NCBI GenBank assembly: GCA_049317525.1
Contig: JBMOIC010000010.1
Span: 125-64,124, forward strand
Direction: 5' to 3'
Length of the DNA stretch: 64,000 bases
Source: Bacteroidota bacterium
GTDB taxonomy: Bacteria > Bacteroidota > Ignavibacteria > Kapaibacteriales > UBA961
Shown here: positions 52,596 through 62,230 of the stretch, piece after piece
How the letters are laid out: each line of letters starts with the position of its first letter
Numbering within the stretch: position 1 is the first letter of the stretch
Made by a program: the position numbers and the translations under genes
Notes under the pieces: model-generated
The model's database searches: none
What the model was told of the DNA's origin: nothing
The model's input: only the letters and a program-made list of their open reading frames with translations

Positions 52596-53191
52596 TTAAT
52601 TGAGCAACCGATTGCTTTTGTAAAATCTGGACTTGCTGGTTTATTTTGCATTAAAGATTCTATTGCATTTGCTAGGTATTTTTCTTTTACATTCTCTGCA
52701 TCACTATGATTATCATCAATAGCACCTATATAGGCAATAGAAAACACTCCAGAGTTATTCTTTAACACATACACATGTGGTGTTCTTGTTGCGCCATATG
52801 TTTTAGCAATTTGCTGGGTTGCATCTTGAATATATGGGAAAACAAAACCCTTTTCTTTTGCTCTGATTTTCATATTATCATATGAATCTTCTGGTACCGA
52901 TACTTCATCATTTGGATTAATAGCTATAACAGGAAATCCTTTTTCTGCATACATCTTATTGATTTGAATAATGCGATCTTCATATGCTTTTGAAAATGGG
53001 CAATGATTACATGTAAAAATGAGAATAATCCCTTTTGATGAGGAATAATCTTTTAGGCTAATCATCGATCCATCAACATTTCTTAGAGAAAAATCAGAAG
53101 CGATATCGCCTACTTTTAATCCATCAGCAGCAAAAATGTTCACACATGTTATGCAGGATAACAGAAGAGAAAAAAACCATAATTTTTTCAT
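52583..53191 (-). CDS. periplasmic thioredoxin-fold protein (CxxC = CNHC)
   Basis: It has a signal peptide. FTCNHCPFS is a redox-active-like dithiol in a Trx-like scaffold. Confidence 0.5.
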   Translation of the reverse strand: MKKLWFFSLLLSCITCVNIFAADGLKVGDIASDFSLRNVDGSMISLKDYSSSKGIILIFTCNHCPFSKAYEDRIIQINKMYAEKGFPVIAINPNDEVSVPEDSYDNMKIRAKEKGFVFPYIQDATQQIAKTYGATRTPHVYVLKNNSGVFSIAYIGAIDDNHSDAENVKEKYLANAIESLMQNKPASPDFTKAIGCSIKWKK

Positions 53192-53706
53192 AATTCACTC
53201 TTTAATAATTGTGTAATAATATCTTGTAATTCTTCATGTTTAAATTGTTTTTCAAAGAATTTGCGAATTTTTTTTTGATTATTAATCAGTAAAGTAGCTG
53301 GTAAAGCACCACTCCACTCACTATCAACTTTATCTATCCATTCATTTGGATTTTCAGCTTTTAATAACACTATCTCGGATTGAATATCTTTCTTTTTTAT
53401 GAAAGGAAGTAGAATTTTTTCTTTGTCTTGTATAAAATCCAAACTAATTAAAAGAACTTTTACTGATTGATTTTTATACTTCGCATTAATTTCTTCAAAT
53501 ATTGGTAATTCTTCAACGCATGGCTTACACCATGTTGCCCAAAAATTTATTATGTATAATGTATCATGAGTATTATGAAGCAAAGAATCAATTTGTGAAA
53601 AAGAGATAATTCTTCCTTGATTTTGGGCATTAATATTTGGAGTGCTATGGATAAAGACCCATGCCAATAAAGGTAGAAGCAAACTATAATGTACTTTATA
53701 TAGCAT
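53188..53706 (-). CDS. TlpA/ResA-family thiol-disulfide oxidoreductase
   Basis: It has a signal peptide. FWATWCKPC is the classic WCxxC motif. Confidence 0.75.
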   Translation of the reverse strand: MLYKVHYSLLLPLLAWVFIHSTPNINAQNQGRIISFSQIDSLLHNTHDTLYIINFWATWCKPCVEELPIFEEINAKYKNQSVKVLLISLDFIQDKEKILLPFIKKKDIQSEIVLLKAENPNEWIDKVDSEWSGALPATLLINNQKKIRKFFEKQFKHEELQDIITQLLKSEL

Positions 53707-56700
53707 TATTGTATCACAGTACGTTTAGTTTGCAAGCGGTCAAAATATTGTCTGATAAGAATTTCATAGTCTTTTGTATACCCTTTTCCTAAAGATCTAA
53801 GCACATCTTGCATCGCTTTATTTCTTCCTTCTGGAGAGTTAAGATTTAACTGTGGAGGACTTTTTACCGTGATGTCTTGTCCACTTCTGGATTCTCTGTC
53901 TTTTTCATAATCTCTTTCATTCATAGATCTAGAAGCATCCAATAACCTAGACAAAATTCTTTCTTGTCTTCTTCTAGTTTCTGGAGTGATAATTCCACTT
54001 TCCATATCAGCAACAATCTCTCGCATTTCATCTGCAATTTTCTTTAAGTCGCCTAAAGATTTTCTTTTACCAGTTGGATCAGTTTGTTGTTTGGCTAATT
54101 CTTCCATAGCTTGTTGAGCTTTACCTTGTTGTCCTGCTAATCGAGCTAATTGCTGTTGTTGTTGCGGAGACAAACTTCCATCTTGTCCAGGTTGTGGCAT
54201 TCCTGAATTAATCTGTTGTTGCATACCTGCCATTTTCTGCAATTGTTGCATCATGCCTCCACTGCCTGCTTTTGCTTGGCCCTGCCCTCCGGGATTATCA
54301 CAAGATCCATCACCTTCGCCTTTCATCTTATTTAAGGCATCTTGCATTTGGATAGATGCTTTATTTAATGAACTCATAGCAGCCATTTGAGATTGAGCAG
54401 CATTCGAAGGATTTCTTTGAGATAATTGTTCAGATGCTTTTTGCATTTCTTGCATAGCATTAGACATTTCTTTTACCATTTCAGGACTTACTTTTGTTGT
54501 CTTTTGCGCTAATTGCATCATTTGGGCAGCCATATTTGCTAATTGATCTTGCAATTGCGCTTGGTCTTGGGCTGCTTTTTGTAATTGATTAGAATTAAAA
54601 TCTAATGATTCTGTTTTCTGTTTTTGGGCTTCTTCTTGTTTAGACATACTTAAAGCATCTTGCAATGATTTTTGCATTTGCCTGATGGCTTCTTTATTCA
54701 TATTTTTTTTCATCTCTTGCTTTAGCTTTTTCATTTGCTTGGCAAAATTCTTAACATTTTGCGCAGCTTTTTTCTGCTTTTGCGCAGACTTATTCATATC
54801 CCCTTTTTGCATTTCATCAGAAGCTTCTTGCATTTCTTGAGATGTTTCTTGTTCAGCTAATTCTTCTTTTGCTTTTTCAAGCTCTTTCATGGGCATTTGT
54901 TGAGCAAGATCTTTCATTAATTGTTCAAGATCTTTAAGTTCTTTTGCCATATCTTTTAAGTCTTGCTGCAATGCTTTGTTTTCTAATTCATTAGCTTTTT
55001 TTTCTGCTTGATTAGATGGATTTGTGTTTTCCGTCTTTTTGGCCAATTGTTCTTGTTGTTCTGCTAATTTTTCAGCTCTTTTAAGCAAAGCATCTGTTTT
55101 TTGTTCTGCTTGTAAACGCTTTAAAATATTCATTGTTCTTTCAATTCCCTTCCTAAATTCTTCTTCATTGAATTTCATTTGTTTCATTGCTTGTTGAATT
55201 TGTTCAGGGCTTAATTCTTGCATGGCTTTTTGCATTTCTTCCATTGCTTTCCGCAATTCTGGAGAATTTACTTCTCGCATCAGTTTTTGAAGCTCTTTAT
55301 ATTGCTCCATTGTTTCTGGTGAAATCGCATTGTTATCCTGCAACTTTTCGGTGATATCTTGCAATTTTTTATCTATCTGATCCATCTTTTTCTGAAGATT
55401 TTCCTGCTTTTTCATCAGATTATCTACTTTTTTTGCGTCTTTCCAATCCATATTTTGTTGTTGCTTTAGCATTTCTCTTTGTAATTCATCCAATTCTTTA
55501 GAGATTTCTTTTGCTTCAGCTGCTGTTTTTTCCAGATCTTTTACTGCATTATCTTGTACTGAATCTGCATTAGACAATACTTCATCTAATGAAGGTAATC
55601 GAACACTGATAATTGATGTTCTTGAAGATTTTGGGCCGGTAATAATATCATTATCAATGATTTCACAATAGAATTCATATCGATCACTTGGGGCAATTCC
55701 AACTTTATTTATATCCCACATATATGGAATATCTGCGCTTACAGTACCACTTGGAATAGGAATACTTAGCGAGCTAAAACTTTTGGACTCTGGTGCATAT
55801 TTGGATTCAGCTAATCTATACCACAGTTTTAATGATGAAAACCCATAATCATCGGCTATTTGAAGAGAAATAGGTAATAATGCTTGTTCATTTACAGTAA
55901 TATCATGATTTGGCTCTATCAATGTAATAATGGGAGAATTGTCACGAATGGTAGTTATGGAATAATGGAGTGGCTCTTCATTTATTCTTCCATCTTTGTC
56001 TTTAATTTCGATATAATATTCACCATCTTTTTTTACTGTAAATCCTCCATTTGCAACCCTTGATTCTCCTTGTAATGCTATTCTAACAGTATCATAACTT
56101 TTGGCTTTACTGCCATTTACCGTATCTTTTTGATTATATGAAGGATACAATACAATGATTGAAGCTTTGCTTATATCTTTGCTTGAAACTACAGATAATC
56201 GAACGGTAGTACCAATAAGGCTTATGATATCTGCATTTTGTTCATTTATTGTTTTTGATGCTTGTTTACTATATGCTGGTGGTTGAACGGTTCCTGAGAT
56301 AGAACGTATCTGAGGTCTATCAATCACGGTGATTTTCCCAATGGCTGTTTGTACTGGTTCATTTAACCAGTCTGACATTCCATAAAACTCTACACTTTGT
56401 TTAAGTGATTCTATCTGATAGGTATATACATTAGTAGAATCTGCTTGCAATTGAAATTTTTCGAAGTTTTGCTGTTTACCTTGCTTTAGCATCAGAAAAA
56501 CAGAGGCAGGCATAGTTCCATGTACAGTGATAGAAATGCGTGCTTTTTCACCTCTTAATTGTTCTTTATTAAGGGGAGATATCGTTAAATAGAATGGCGC
56601 AGGTGGAACAAATGATGTATCATGATTCCAAAGCCTATACAATGAAGATTGAAGAGATTGAACGCCAACAATACTAATTGATGATATAACTATTGATAGT

Positions 56701-57197
56701 ATAAAAAAAAGAAATGCCCTTTTTTTCTTTTGATGATTAAGTATTACAGAAAAATCTTTCCCTTTTGTTAATGATGATGCATATGAAAATGCAGCATATA
56801 CAAGTTCTTTAGATGTCCCTTGCTTATTAAATTCTAATAATTGCATTGCATTTAGCAAAATATCTCTAATATCACTATAAACATCTCCAACTCTTTTAGC
56901 TAATTGATATAATGTATCTTTTTTTGACATGCCGATTAATAGCATGATAGATGGGAATACATTAGAACCAAGTGCAACAATAGACAATATTACCGATGTA
57001 TAAAATAATGTTGTTCTTGTTTGAATATTACCTTGAGCTATAGCTTCTAATGCAGAAAAAAAGAGAACAATAATAGATATATATGAAATACCAATAAGTA
57101 ATCCAGAAATAGTATTATTAATCAGCTCTGAATGTTGAACTTCTTCAAGCCTTTTAATAATATCCTCATATCCTTTTTCTATAGGATTTGTATTCAT
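53706..57197 (-). CDS. large membrane protein of unknown function: N-terminal double-TM (plus third TM), beta-rich periplasmic region, about 450-aa K/E/Q-rich coiled coil, Q/G-rich tract, conserved C-terminal tail
   Basis: 1163 aa. The TM helices lie at about aa 30-50, 62-90 and 155-178. It is collinear and nearly contiguous with the upstream DUF4159-like gene, and its stop overlaps the TlpA-like start. Confidence 0.55.
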   Translation of the reverse strand: MNTNPIEKGYEDIIKRLEEVQHSELINNTISGLLIGISYISIIVLFFSALEAIAQGNIQTRTTLFYTSVILSIVALGSNVFPSIMLLIGMSKKDTLYQLAKRVGDVYSDIRDILLNAMQLLEFNKQGTSKELVYAAFSYASSLTKGKDFSVILNHQKKKRAFLFFILSIVISSISIVGVQSLQSSLYRLWNHDTSFVPPAPFYLTISPLNKEQLRGEKARISITVHGTMPASVFLMLKQGKQQNFEKFQLQADSTNVYTYQIESLKQSVEFYGMSDWLNEPVQTAIGKITVIDRPQIRSISGTVQPPAYSKQASKTINEQNADIISLIGTTVRLSVVSSKDISKASIIVLYPSYNQKDTVNGSKAKSYDTVRIALQGESRVANGGFTVKKDGEYYIEIKDKDGRINEEPLHYSITTIRDNSPIITLIEPNHDITVNEQALLPISLQIADDYGFSSLKLWYRLAESKYAPESKSFSSLSIPIPSGTVSADIPYMWDINKVGIAPSDRYEFYCEIIDNDIITGPKSSRTSIISVRLPSLDEVLSNADSVQDNAVKDLEKTAAEAKEISKELDELQREMLKQQQNMDWKDAKKVDNLMKKQENLQKKMDQIDKKLQDITEKLQDNNAISPETMEQYKELQKLMREVNSPELRKAMEEMQKAMQELSPEQIQQAMKQMKFNEEEFRKGIERTMNILKRLQAEQKTDALLKRAEKLAEQQEQLAKKTENTNPSNQAEKKANELENKALQQDLKDMAKELKDLEQLMKDLAQQMPMKELEKAKEELAEQETSQEMQEASDEMQKGDMNKSAQKQKKAAQNVKNFAKQMKKLKQEMKKNMNKEAIRQMQKSLQDALSMSKQEEAQKQKTESLDFNSNQLQKAAQDQAQLQDQLANMAAQMMQLAQKTTKVSPEMVKEMSNAMQEMQKASEQLSQRNPSNAAQSQMAAMSSLNKASIQMQDALNKMKGEGDGSCDNPGGQGQAKAGSGGMMQQLQKMAGMQQQINSGMPQPGQDGSLSPQQQQQLARLAGQQGKAQQAMEELAKQQTDPTGKRKSLGDLKKIADEMREIVADMESGIITPETRRRQERILSRLLDASRSMNERDYEKDRESRSGQDITVKSPPQLNLNSPEGRNKAMQDVLRSLGKGYTKDYEILIRQYFDRLQTKRTVIQ

Positions 57198-57203
57198 ATA
57201 AAA

Positions 57204-57875
57204 TTATCTAGTTAAAGCGTAAACAATAATGTTTGTACCAATTTTCAAGGAAATTTCACGTTTTTCATTTGTATCATGATGAATTTCTGGATCTGCCCAA
57301 CCATCACTTGGATTGGTTTCTACTGTATAGAACACACATAGTTTGCCATTATGAAAAAGGCCTAGTCCCTGAGGCATTTTTGCATCATGTTCATGTATTT
57401 TTGGCATACCATTTGGAAAAACAAAATGTGATGAATAAAGAGGATGATTAAAGGGTAAATCGATAAAATTTTGTGATGGAAACACCTTTTTCATTTCTTT
57501 ACGAATAGAAGCGTCCATGCCATAATCATCGTCAATATAAAGGAAACCTCCATGTTCTAAATATGCTTTTAGTCTAGCTACTTCATTATCTGAAAAACTA
57601 ACAGTACCATGACCTGTCATGAAAAGTATAGGATACTGAAATATATTATCAGATGAAATATCTACATATTCATATTTAGGTTCTACTTGAATAGTAGTAT
57701 ATTTTCTAATATATGCTAAAAGATTCACTTCAGAGGATTGATCATTATACCAATCACCACCACCTGAATATTTTACTCTTCCAATTTTAAGCAAACTATT
57801 TTGTTGTTGTGCTTGAATTGGTATTAAACATATCACTAATAAAAATGCAAAAAGCATATATCTGATGAATTTCAT
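57204..57875 (-). CDS. secreted DUF4159-like protein (class I glutamine-amidotransferase-like/ThuA-like fold suspected)
   Basis: The signal peptide is MKFIRYMLFAFLLVICLIPIQA. The motif is LFMTGHG...LKAYLEHGGFLYIDDDYG. The ORF track starts 21 codons earlier. Confidence 0.45.
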   Translation of the reverse strand: MKFIRYMLFAFLLVICLIPIQAQQQNSLLKIGRVKYSGGGDWYNDQSSEVNLLAYIRKYTTIQVEPKYEYVDISSDNIFQYPILFMTGHGTVSFSDNEVARLKAYLEHGGFLYIDDDYGMDASIRKEMKKVFPSQNFIDLPFNHPLYSSHFVFPNGMPKIHEHDAKMPQGLGLFHNGKLCVFYTVETNPSDGWADPEIHHDTNEKREISLKIGTNIIVYALTR

Positions 57876-57934
57876 ATTACATTTGTGATAGGCATAGATG
57901 AACATACATTTAATATGCATAACGTTCGAATGTA

Positions 57935-59308
57935 TCAAGTATTTGAGTCCAATACAATAGATTCAATTAATGTACGATAGTCTTCTGCATTTTGTTCTGA
58001 ATCACTTTCTGCAATAAATCTGACAATGGGTTCAGTATTAGATATTCGCACATGTATCCAACTCAATCCAAAGTCCATCCATATCCCATCATCATATCTA
58101 ATCTGAAGTGCATGTTCACCCAAAGTATCAGCAATTTTTTTATACAGTACTTGCGGATCTCTATCCCAATTTGATTTACCTTTAGCTATATATCTTTTGG
58201 GCAAACTATCAGATATTTTGCTCAATGTTGAATGTTCACATCTTAGCAAAGCAATAATCAATGCAATTCCAACCAAAGAATCTCTTCCATAATGACAACT
58301 AGGCAAGATTACGCCACCACTACCTTCCCCACCTATAATTGCATTATGCTGTTTCATTGCTTTTACAACATTAATCTCCCCAACTGGACTTCTAAATGTT
58401 TTGGCTTTATATTCTTCTGAAATAATATCTGTAATTCTTGAAGTTGATAAATTAACGACAACACTTTGAACTTCATTGATATCTATCATAGATAATAAAG
58501 ACTTAACAGATAAAGCAATTGTTTTTTCTTCGCCTATGGGAATGCCATGCTCATCAATCAGAACTAATCTATCTGCATCTGGATCTATGGCTATTCCAAA
58601 GTCTGCTTTATGGTTTAGGACAGCTTGCGATAATTGATATAAATTCTGTGGAATTGGTTCGGGAATGTGTGGAAACATCCCTGAATTGTCACAAAACAAT
58701 GGAATTACTTCGCATCCTAATAATTCTAATAATCTAGGTATAAATATGCTTCCAGAAGCGTGAACGGCATCCACAACTACTGTGTATTGTTTACCCAAGA
58801 AACAAGATTGTTTTGTAATTGATTCGATGGATGAAATGACAGCATTACAATGATATTCTACCGCATTTTCTACAGTATATATCGTACCAGGAATGATATT
58901 TTCTGATGAATCATGAGGAAAATTATCTACTATGTGCCAGAATTCTCTATTCTGTTGTTCGTCTAAAAATACTCCATCAGAACCTAGAAATTTCAATCCA
59001 TTCCATTCTTGAGGATTATGTGAAGCTGTAATTGATATTCCACCTGCAGCTTCAGAATGTTCTGTTTGTAATTGAATAGTTGGTGTTGGTGCAATACCTA
59101 ATAACAATATATCTCTGCCACAAGCTTGCAAAGTTCCAATAAGAATATGTTCCATCCATAATCCAGATGGGCGGCCATCTCTTCCAATAACTATTGGTCC
59201 TTCGGGACAATATTGTGCAAAAGCAGCAGCATATCTACTAATAATTTCAGGCTGAAGCCCTGTCCCTAATGTTGCTCTTAATCCAGAAATTGATCGTATA
59301 AATGCCAT
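57935..59308 (-). CDS. phosphohexomutase (phosphoglucosamine mutase GlmM-like, Bacteroidetes type)
   Basis: The active-site Ser loop is GISITASHNPQEWNGLKF. The probable true N-terminus MAFIRSISGLRATLG resembles the Bacteroides GlmM start. Confidence 0.75.
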   Translation of the reverse strand: MAFIRSISGLRATLGTGLQPEIISRYAAAFAQYCPEGPIVIGRDGRPSGLWMEHILIGTLQACGRDILLLGIAPTPTIQLQTEHSEAAGGISITASHNPQEWNGLKFLGSDGVFLDEQQNREFWHIVDNFPHDSSENIIPGTIYTVENAVEYHCNAVISSIESITKQSCFLGKQYTVVVDAVHASGSIFIPRLLELLGCEVIPLFCDNSGMFPHIPEPIPQNLYQLSQAVLNHKADFGIAIDPDADRLVLIDEHGIPIGEEKTIALSVKSLLSMIDINEVQSVVVNLSTSRITDIISEEYKAKTFRSPVGEINVVKAMKQHNAIIGGEGSGGVILPSCHYGRDSLVGIALIIALLRCEHSTLSKISDSLPKRYIAKGKSNWDRDPQVLYKKIADTLGEHALQIRYDDGIWMDFGLSWIHVRISNTEPIVRFIAESDSEQNAEDYRTLIESIVLDSNT

Positions 59309-59375
59309 TGTTTTTCTACTTGTAAATGTCTTAATTAAGCGCAAATATAAGGGAACAACCTGATATATATTGAGA

Positions 59376-59409
59376 ATAAAAAAAGGCTGTGCATAACTTA
59401 TACACAGCC
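59376..59409 (-). terminator. intrinsic terminator downstream of the 59434..62184 gene
   Basis: On the minus strand the hairpin GGCTGTG-TATAAGTTATG-CACAGCC is followed by a T8 run. Confidence 0.55.
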
Positions 59410-59433
59410 TCTCATTATAAAGCAGAAAGTAGA

Positions 59434-62184
59434 CTAGTCTTCTTCGATTGGTGTTTGAATATTAATCTGAACAGTTCTATTGTACAAACGTCCTTCTGGC
59501 AATTGATTAATAAAGAATTCTTGTTCTTCTCCAACACCTTTTGATTCAAGGGATTGGAATTGATTCTTTGTTGCAGCACGAATTCCTGTTTCAACTGTTT
59601 TGGCACGATTAGCAGACAATTTACCATTGGATTCGAACATTCCAATAACATCAGTATGGCCTTCTATAGCTATATCAGATTTAGGAGTTGTTCGGGTATA
59701 CACGAATTCTTTAAGAATTCTTTCATTGAATGGGCCTGCATCAAATCTATTGAATGGGAATAGAACAAGTTTATATGTTTCACGTGTTTTAGCACCAGCT
59801 TTTTCAACTTTTACGCCTGGCTTATTCTTAACTATCATTACTTTTATAGAAATTGGATCTGATGAACATTCAGTTCCATTGATACTTTTTACGATAAGCT
59901 TAGCTGTAAAAGGAGTTTCTTCTGTAACACTTTCTTTTAATTCGGCACCTGTTTTATCTTTCCAATTCCATGTATACGATGCTTCATTTTTACCAACTTG
60001 ATTTAAAGTAGCCCATTGTTTATCACTACGCATAATTTCAATGCGGCGAGAAGCAATAAGTGATTCATCAATACCATTATTCATGATAAAATTCATAGAC
60101 AATGGAGAAGGAAATATAGTAGGATCTCTATCTATCAATGGCTCCATGACAAGCCAAAGATCTTCAGGATCACCTGTAAAGGATAATTCTGTACGACGAT
60201 TTTCGATATTAGAATATAATTTACTTTGAGGGTCTTTATCACTTGTTTTGGATGCTACTTTATCGTCAGGTAATCCTCTTTTTTCTAGTGTTAAGCGATC
60301 TTCGGATATATGCCAAACATTTTTCAAATAATTATAAATTACCTGAGCACGTTTTTCGGATAATGCCATATCGCCTTTTTCACCAGCCGAAACATCATCA
60401 TTACATCCGGTAACTTTTACTTTTACATTTGGATATTTAGTAAGACGATATCCATAAATATTCAAGATATCATAATATTTTTCTGGTGTTTTGGCATTCT
60501 TATCACCTTGTACTTTTTCATCAGAAAAACCTGCTGTCTGGTCAAAAGATGAAAATAGTCTGTAACGACTAGGAATACTTGAAGAAGTAGAATCAAAGAA
60601 AACGTATGGTAATAATGGGAATAAATCGATTGTAGCAACTTCTTCTAATACTAATCCCTTCCAAGAAGCTAATTCAGGCTTCTTTTTAGACGCACGTTTG
60701 ATAAAATCAGAATATTCCATTTCTGCTGAAAGAACAGGGCGTTTACCCAATAAAATTCTAACAGGAGGCTCTTCTTGAGACTCTTTTGCTTTATCATTAT
60801 CGTAGGTAGTTTCTGGCTTTGTAACAATAATTTCTTCTACTTTTTTGCCATAATTAGCGTTTTCAGCTGTAATTCTGTACTTAATCGTTTTGCCAGCATC
60901 TTTACCTTTACCATAATCAGAATTCATAACCACATATTGAAATTCTTTTTTAATGTTGGTAACCGAATCTGTTTTCTTGGAACCAGTAGTCAAATTCTCG
61001 ATAGTTATTGTTGCAGGAACTGATTCATTTGTACATTCATCATTTACAAAAACACGTACAATAACTGCTCTTGATAATGGCGGAACAAATGCCATAAAGA
61101 TATCTTGTTCACCTTGGGCATTATCATAGTTTCTATTAGATGAGAAATAAATAACATCACCAGAAGCTGGGAAAGATATAAATTCTTCATCATCTTTTGA
61201 ATTAATTCCAGGATATGGAATTGGTTGAGGCTTTGTCCAAATATTTTTTTCTGGATCTGTAAGGGTGGTATAATAAAAATCTTTTTCTCCAAGATTTGGT
61301 ATATGGCCAGTAGAAGCAAAGTAAAGTGTAACACCATCTTTCGAAATAAATGGTCCTAATTCTTGTTTGCCAGTATTAACAATATTTCCCAAATTTTTTG
61401 CTAAAGACCACTCGCCTTTGTCTTCGTCAAAATCTGAATACCAAATATCATAATTCTCATTGCTTATGTCATTTTCAGTATTATTTGGTCCTAAACGATT
61501 TGAGGAATAATACACTCTATTTCCATCTGGAGACAAAGATGGTTGTGAATCCCAAAAGCTTGAATTTACATTTTTTCCTAGATTTGATGGCTTACCCCAT
61601 TTTACCCCGTCAATGGTAGTTTCATACAAATCACAAGAACCAAATCCATCTTGGCGATCACAAGCTGTAAAAATTAAACGCTGACCATCAGATGAAATGG
61701 AGGCTGCACCTTCATTAAAAATGGTATTAACAGTGTTTTTACTTTCTTTTGGTTCTGGTTCAATATTTAATACAGAACCAGCTGGGAACATATCTAAACG
61801 TTCCTCTTTAGATGCTGCCCAAAAATCATCTGATGCTGGGCCACGATAATCTACCTCTTTACTTGCTTTACTTCCCTTTCTGTTCGAAACAAAAAATAAT
61901 GTTTTACCATCTGCAGTAACCGTTGGAGCATATTCATCTGCACCAGAGTTAATAACAGGACCAAGATTAACAATCTTGATATTTTTCGATTTCAAAGCCT
62001 GGGAAGCATCTTCATCCGGATTGATTGTAGCTGCATACAAAAACAATGGGACTTCGGGTGCTCTTTCAGCTGCAATTTTCATTGCATGTCGAATTTTGTT
62101 TTCTGCTTTGTTTGCCAAAACAGGTATGGTTATTAAACCACAAATAACGGCAATACCGAAAAGAGTAGCAATGCGTCTTTTCAT
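59434..62184 (-). CDS. TolB-like (PD40 beta-propeller repeats) protein fused to tandem OmpA-like peptidoglycan-binding module
   Basis: It has a signal peptide. There are repeated LFFVSNRKG / LIFTACDRQDG / RVYYSSNRLG / IYFSSNRNYD PD40 blades. The C-terminal module (FPLLPYVFF..., ...IEGHTDVIG...RTVQINIQTPIEED) is paralogous to the 33404..35548 protein. Confidence 0.7.
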   Translation of the reverse strand: MKRRIATLFGIAVICGLITIPVLANKAENKIRHAMKIAAERAPEVPLFLYAATINPDEDASQALKSKNIKIVNLGPVINSGADEYAPTVTADGKTLFFVSNRKGSKASKEVDYRGPASDDFWAASKEERLDMFPAGSVLNIEPEPKESKNTVNTIFNEGAASISSDGQRLIFTACDRQDGFGSCDLYETTIDGVKWGKPSNLGKNVNSSFWDSQPSLSPDGNRVYYSSNRLGPNNTENDISNENYDIWYSDFDEDKGEWSLAKNLGNIVNTGKQELGPFISKDGVTLYFASTGHIPNLGEKDFYYTTLTDPEKNIWTKPQPIPYPGINSKDDEEFISFPASGDVIYFSSNRNYDNAQGEQDIFMAFVPPLSRAVIVRVFVNDECTNESVPATITIENLTTGSKKTDSVTNIKKEFQYVVMNSDYGKGKDAGKTIKYRITAENANYGKKVEEIIVTKPETTYDNDKAKESQEEPPVRILLGKRPVLSAEMEYSDFIKRASKKKPELASWKGLVLEEVATIDLFPLLPYVFFDSTSSSIPSRYRLFSSFDQTAGFSDEKVQGDKNAKTPEKYYDILNIYGYRLTKYPNVKVKVTGCNDDVSAGEKGDMALSEKRAQVIYNYLKNVWHISEDRLTLEKRGLPDDKVASKTSDKDPQSKLYSNIENRRTELSFTGDPEDLWLVMEPLIDRDPTIFPSPLSMNFIMNNGIDESLIASRRIEIMRSDKQWATLNQVGKNEASYTWNWKDKTGAELKESVTEETPFTAKLIVKSINGTECSSDPISIKVMIVKNKPGVKVEKAGAKTRETYKLVLFPFNRFDAGPFNERILKEFVYTRTTPKSDIAIEGHTDVIGMFESNGKLSANRAKTVETGIRAATKNQFQSLESKGVGEEQEFFINQLPEGRLYNRTVQINIQTPIEED

Positions 62185-62230
62185 AGGGTAACCTTGTTGT
62201 GAAAAACGAAAAAAATCAGTAAAGTTTTTA

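Noticed and set aside
59415-61619. Short ORFs overlapping the PD40-OmpA gene and its terminator (59415..59651, 59554..60229 set, 60775..61023, 61044..61337, 61398..61619)
   Set aside because: They are nested or antisense to the gene. 59415..59651 spans the predicted terminator hairpin.
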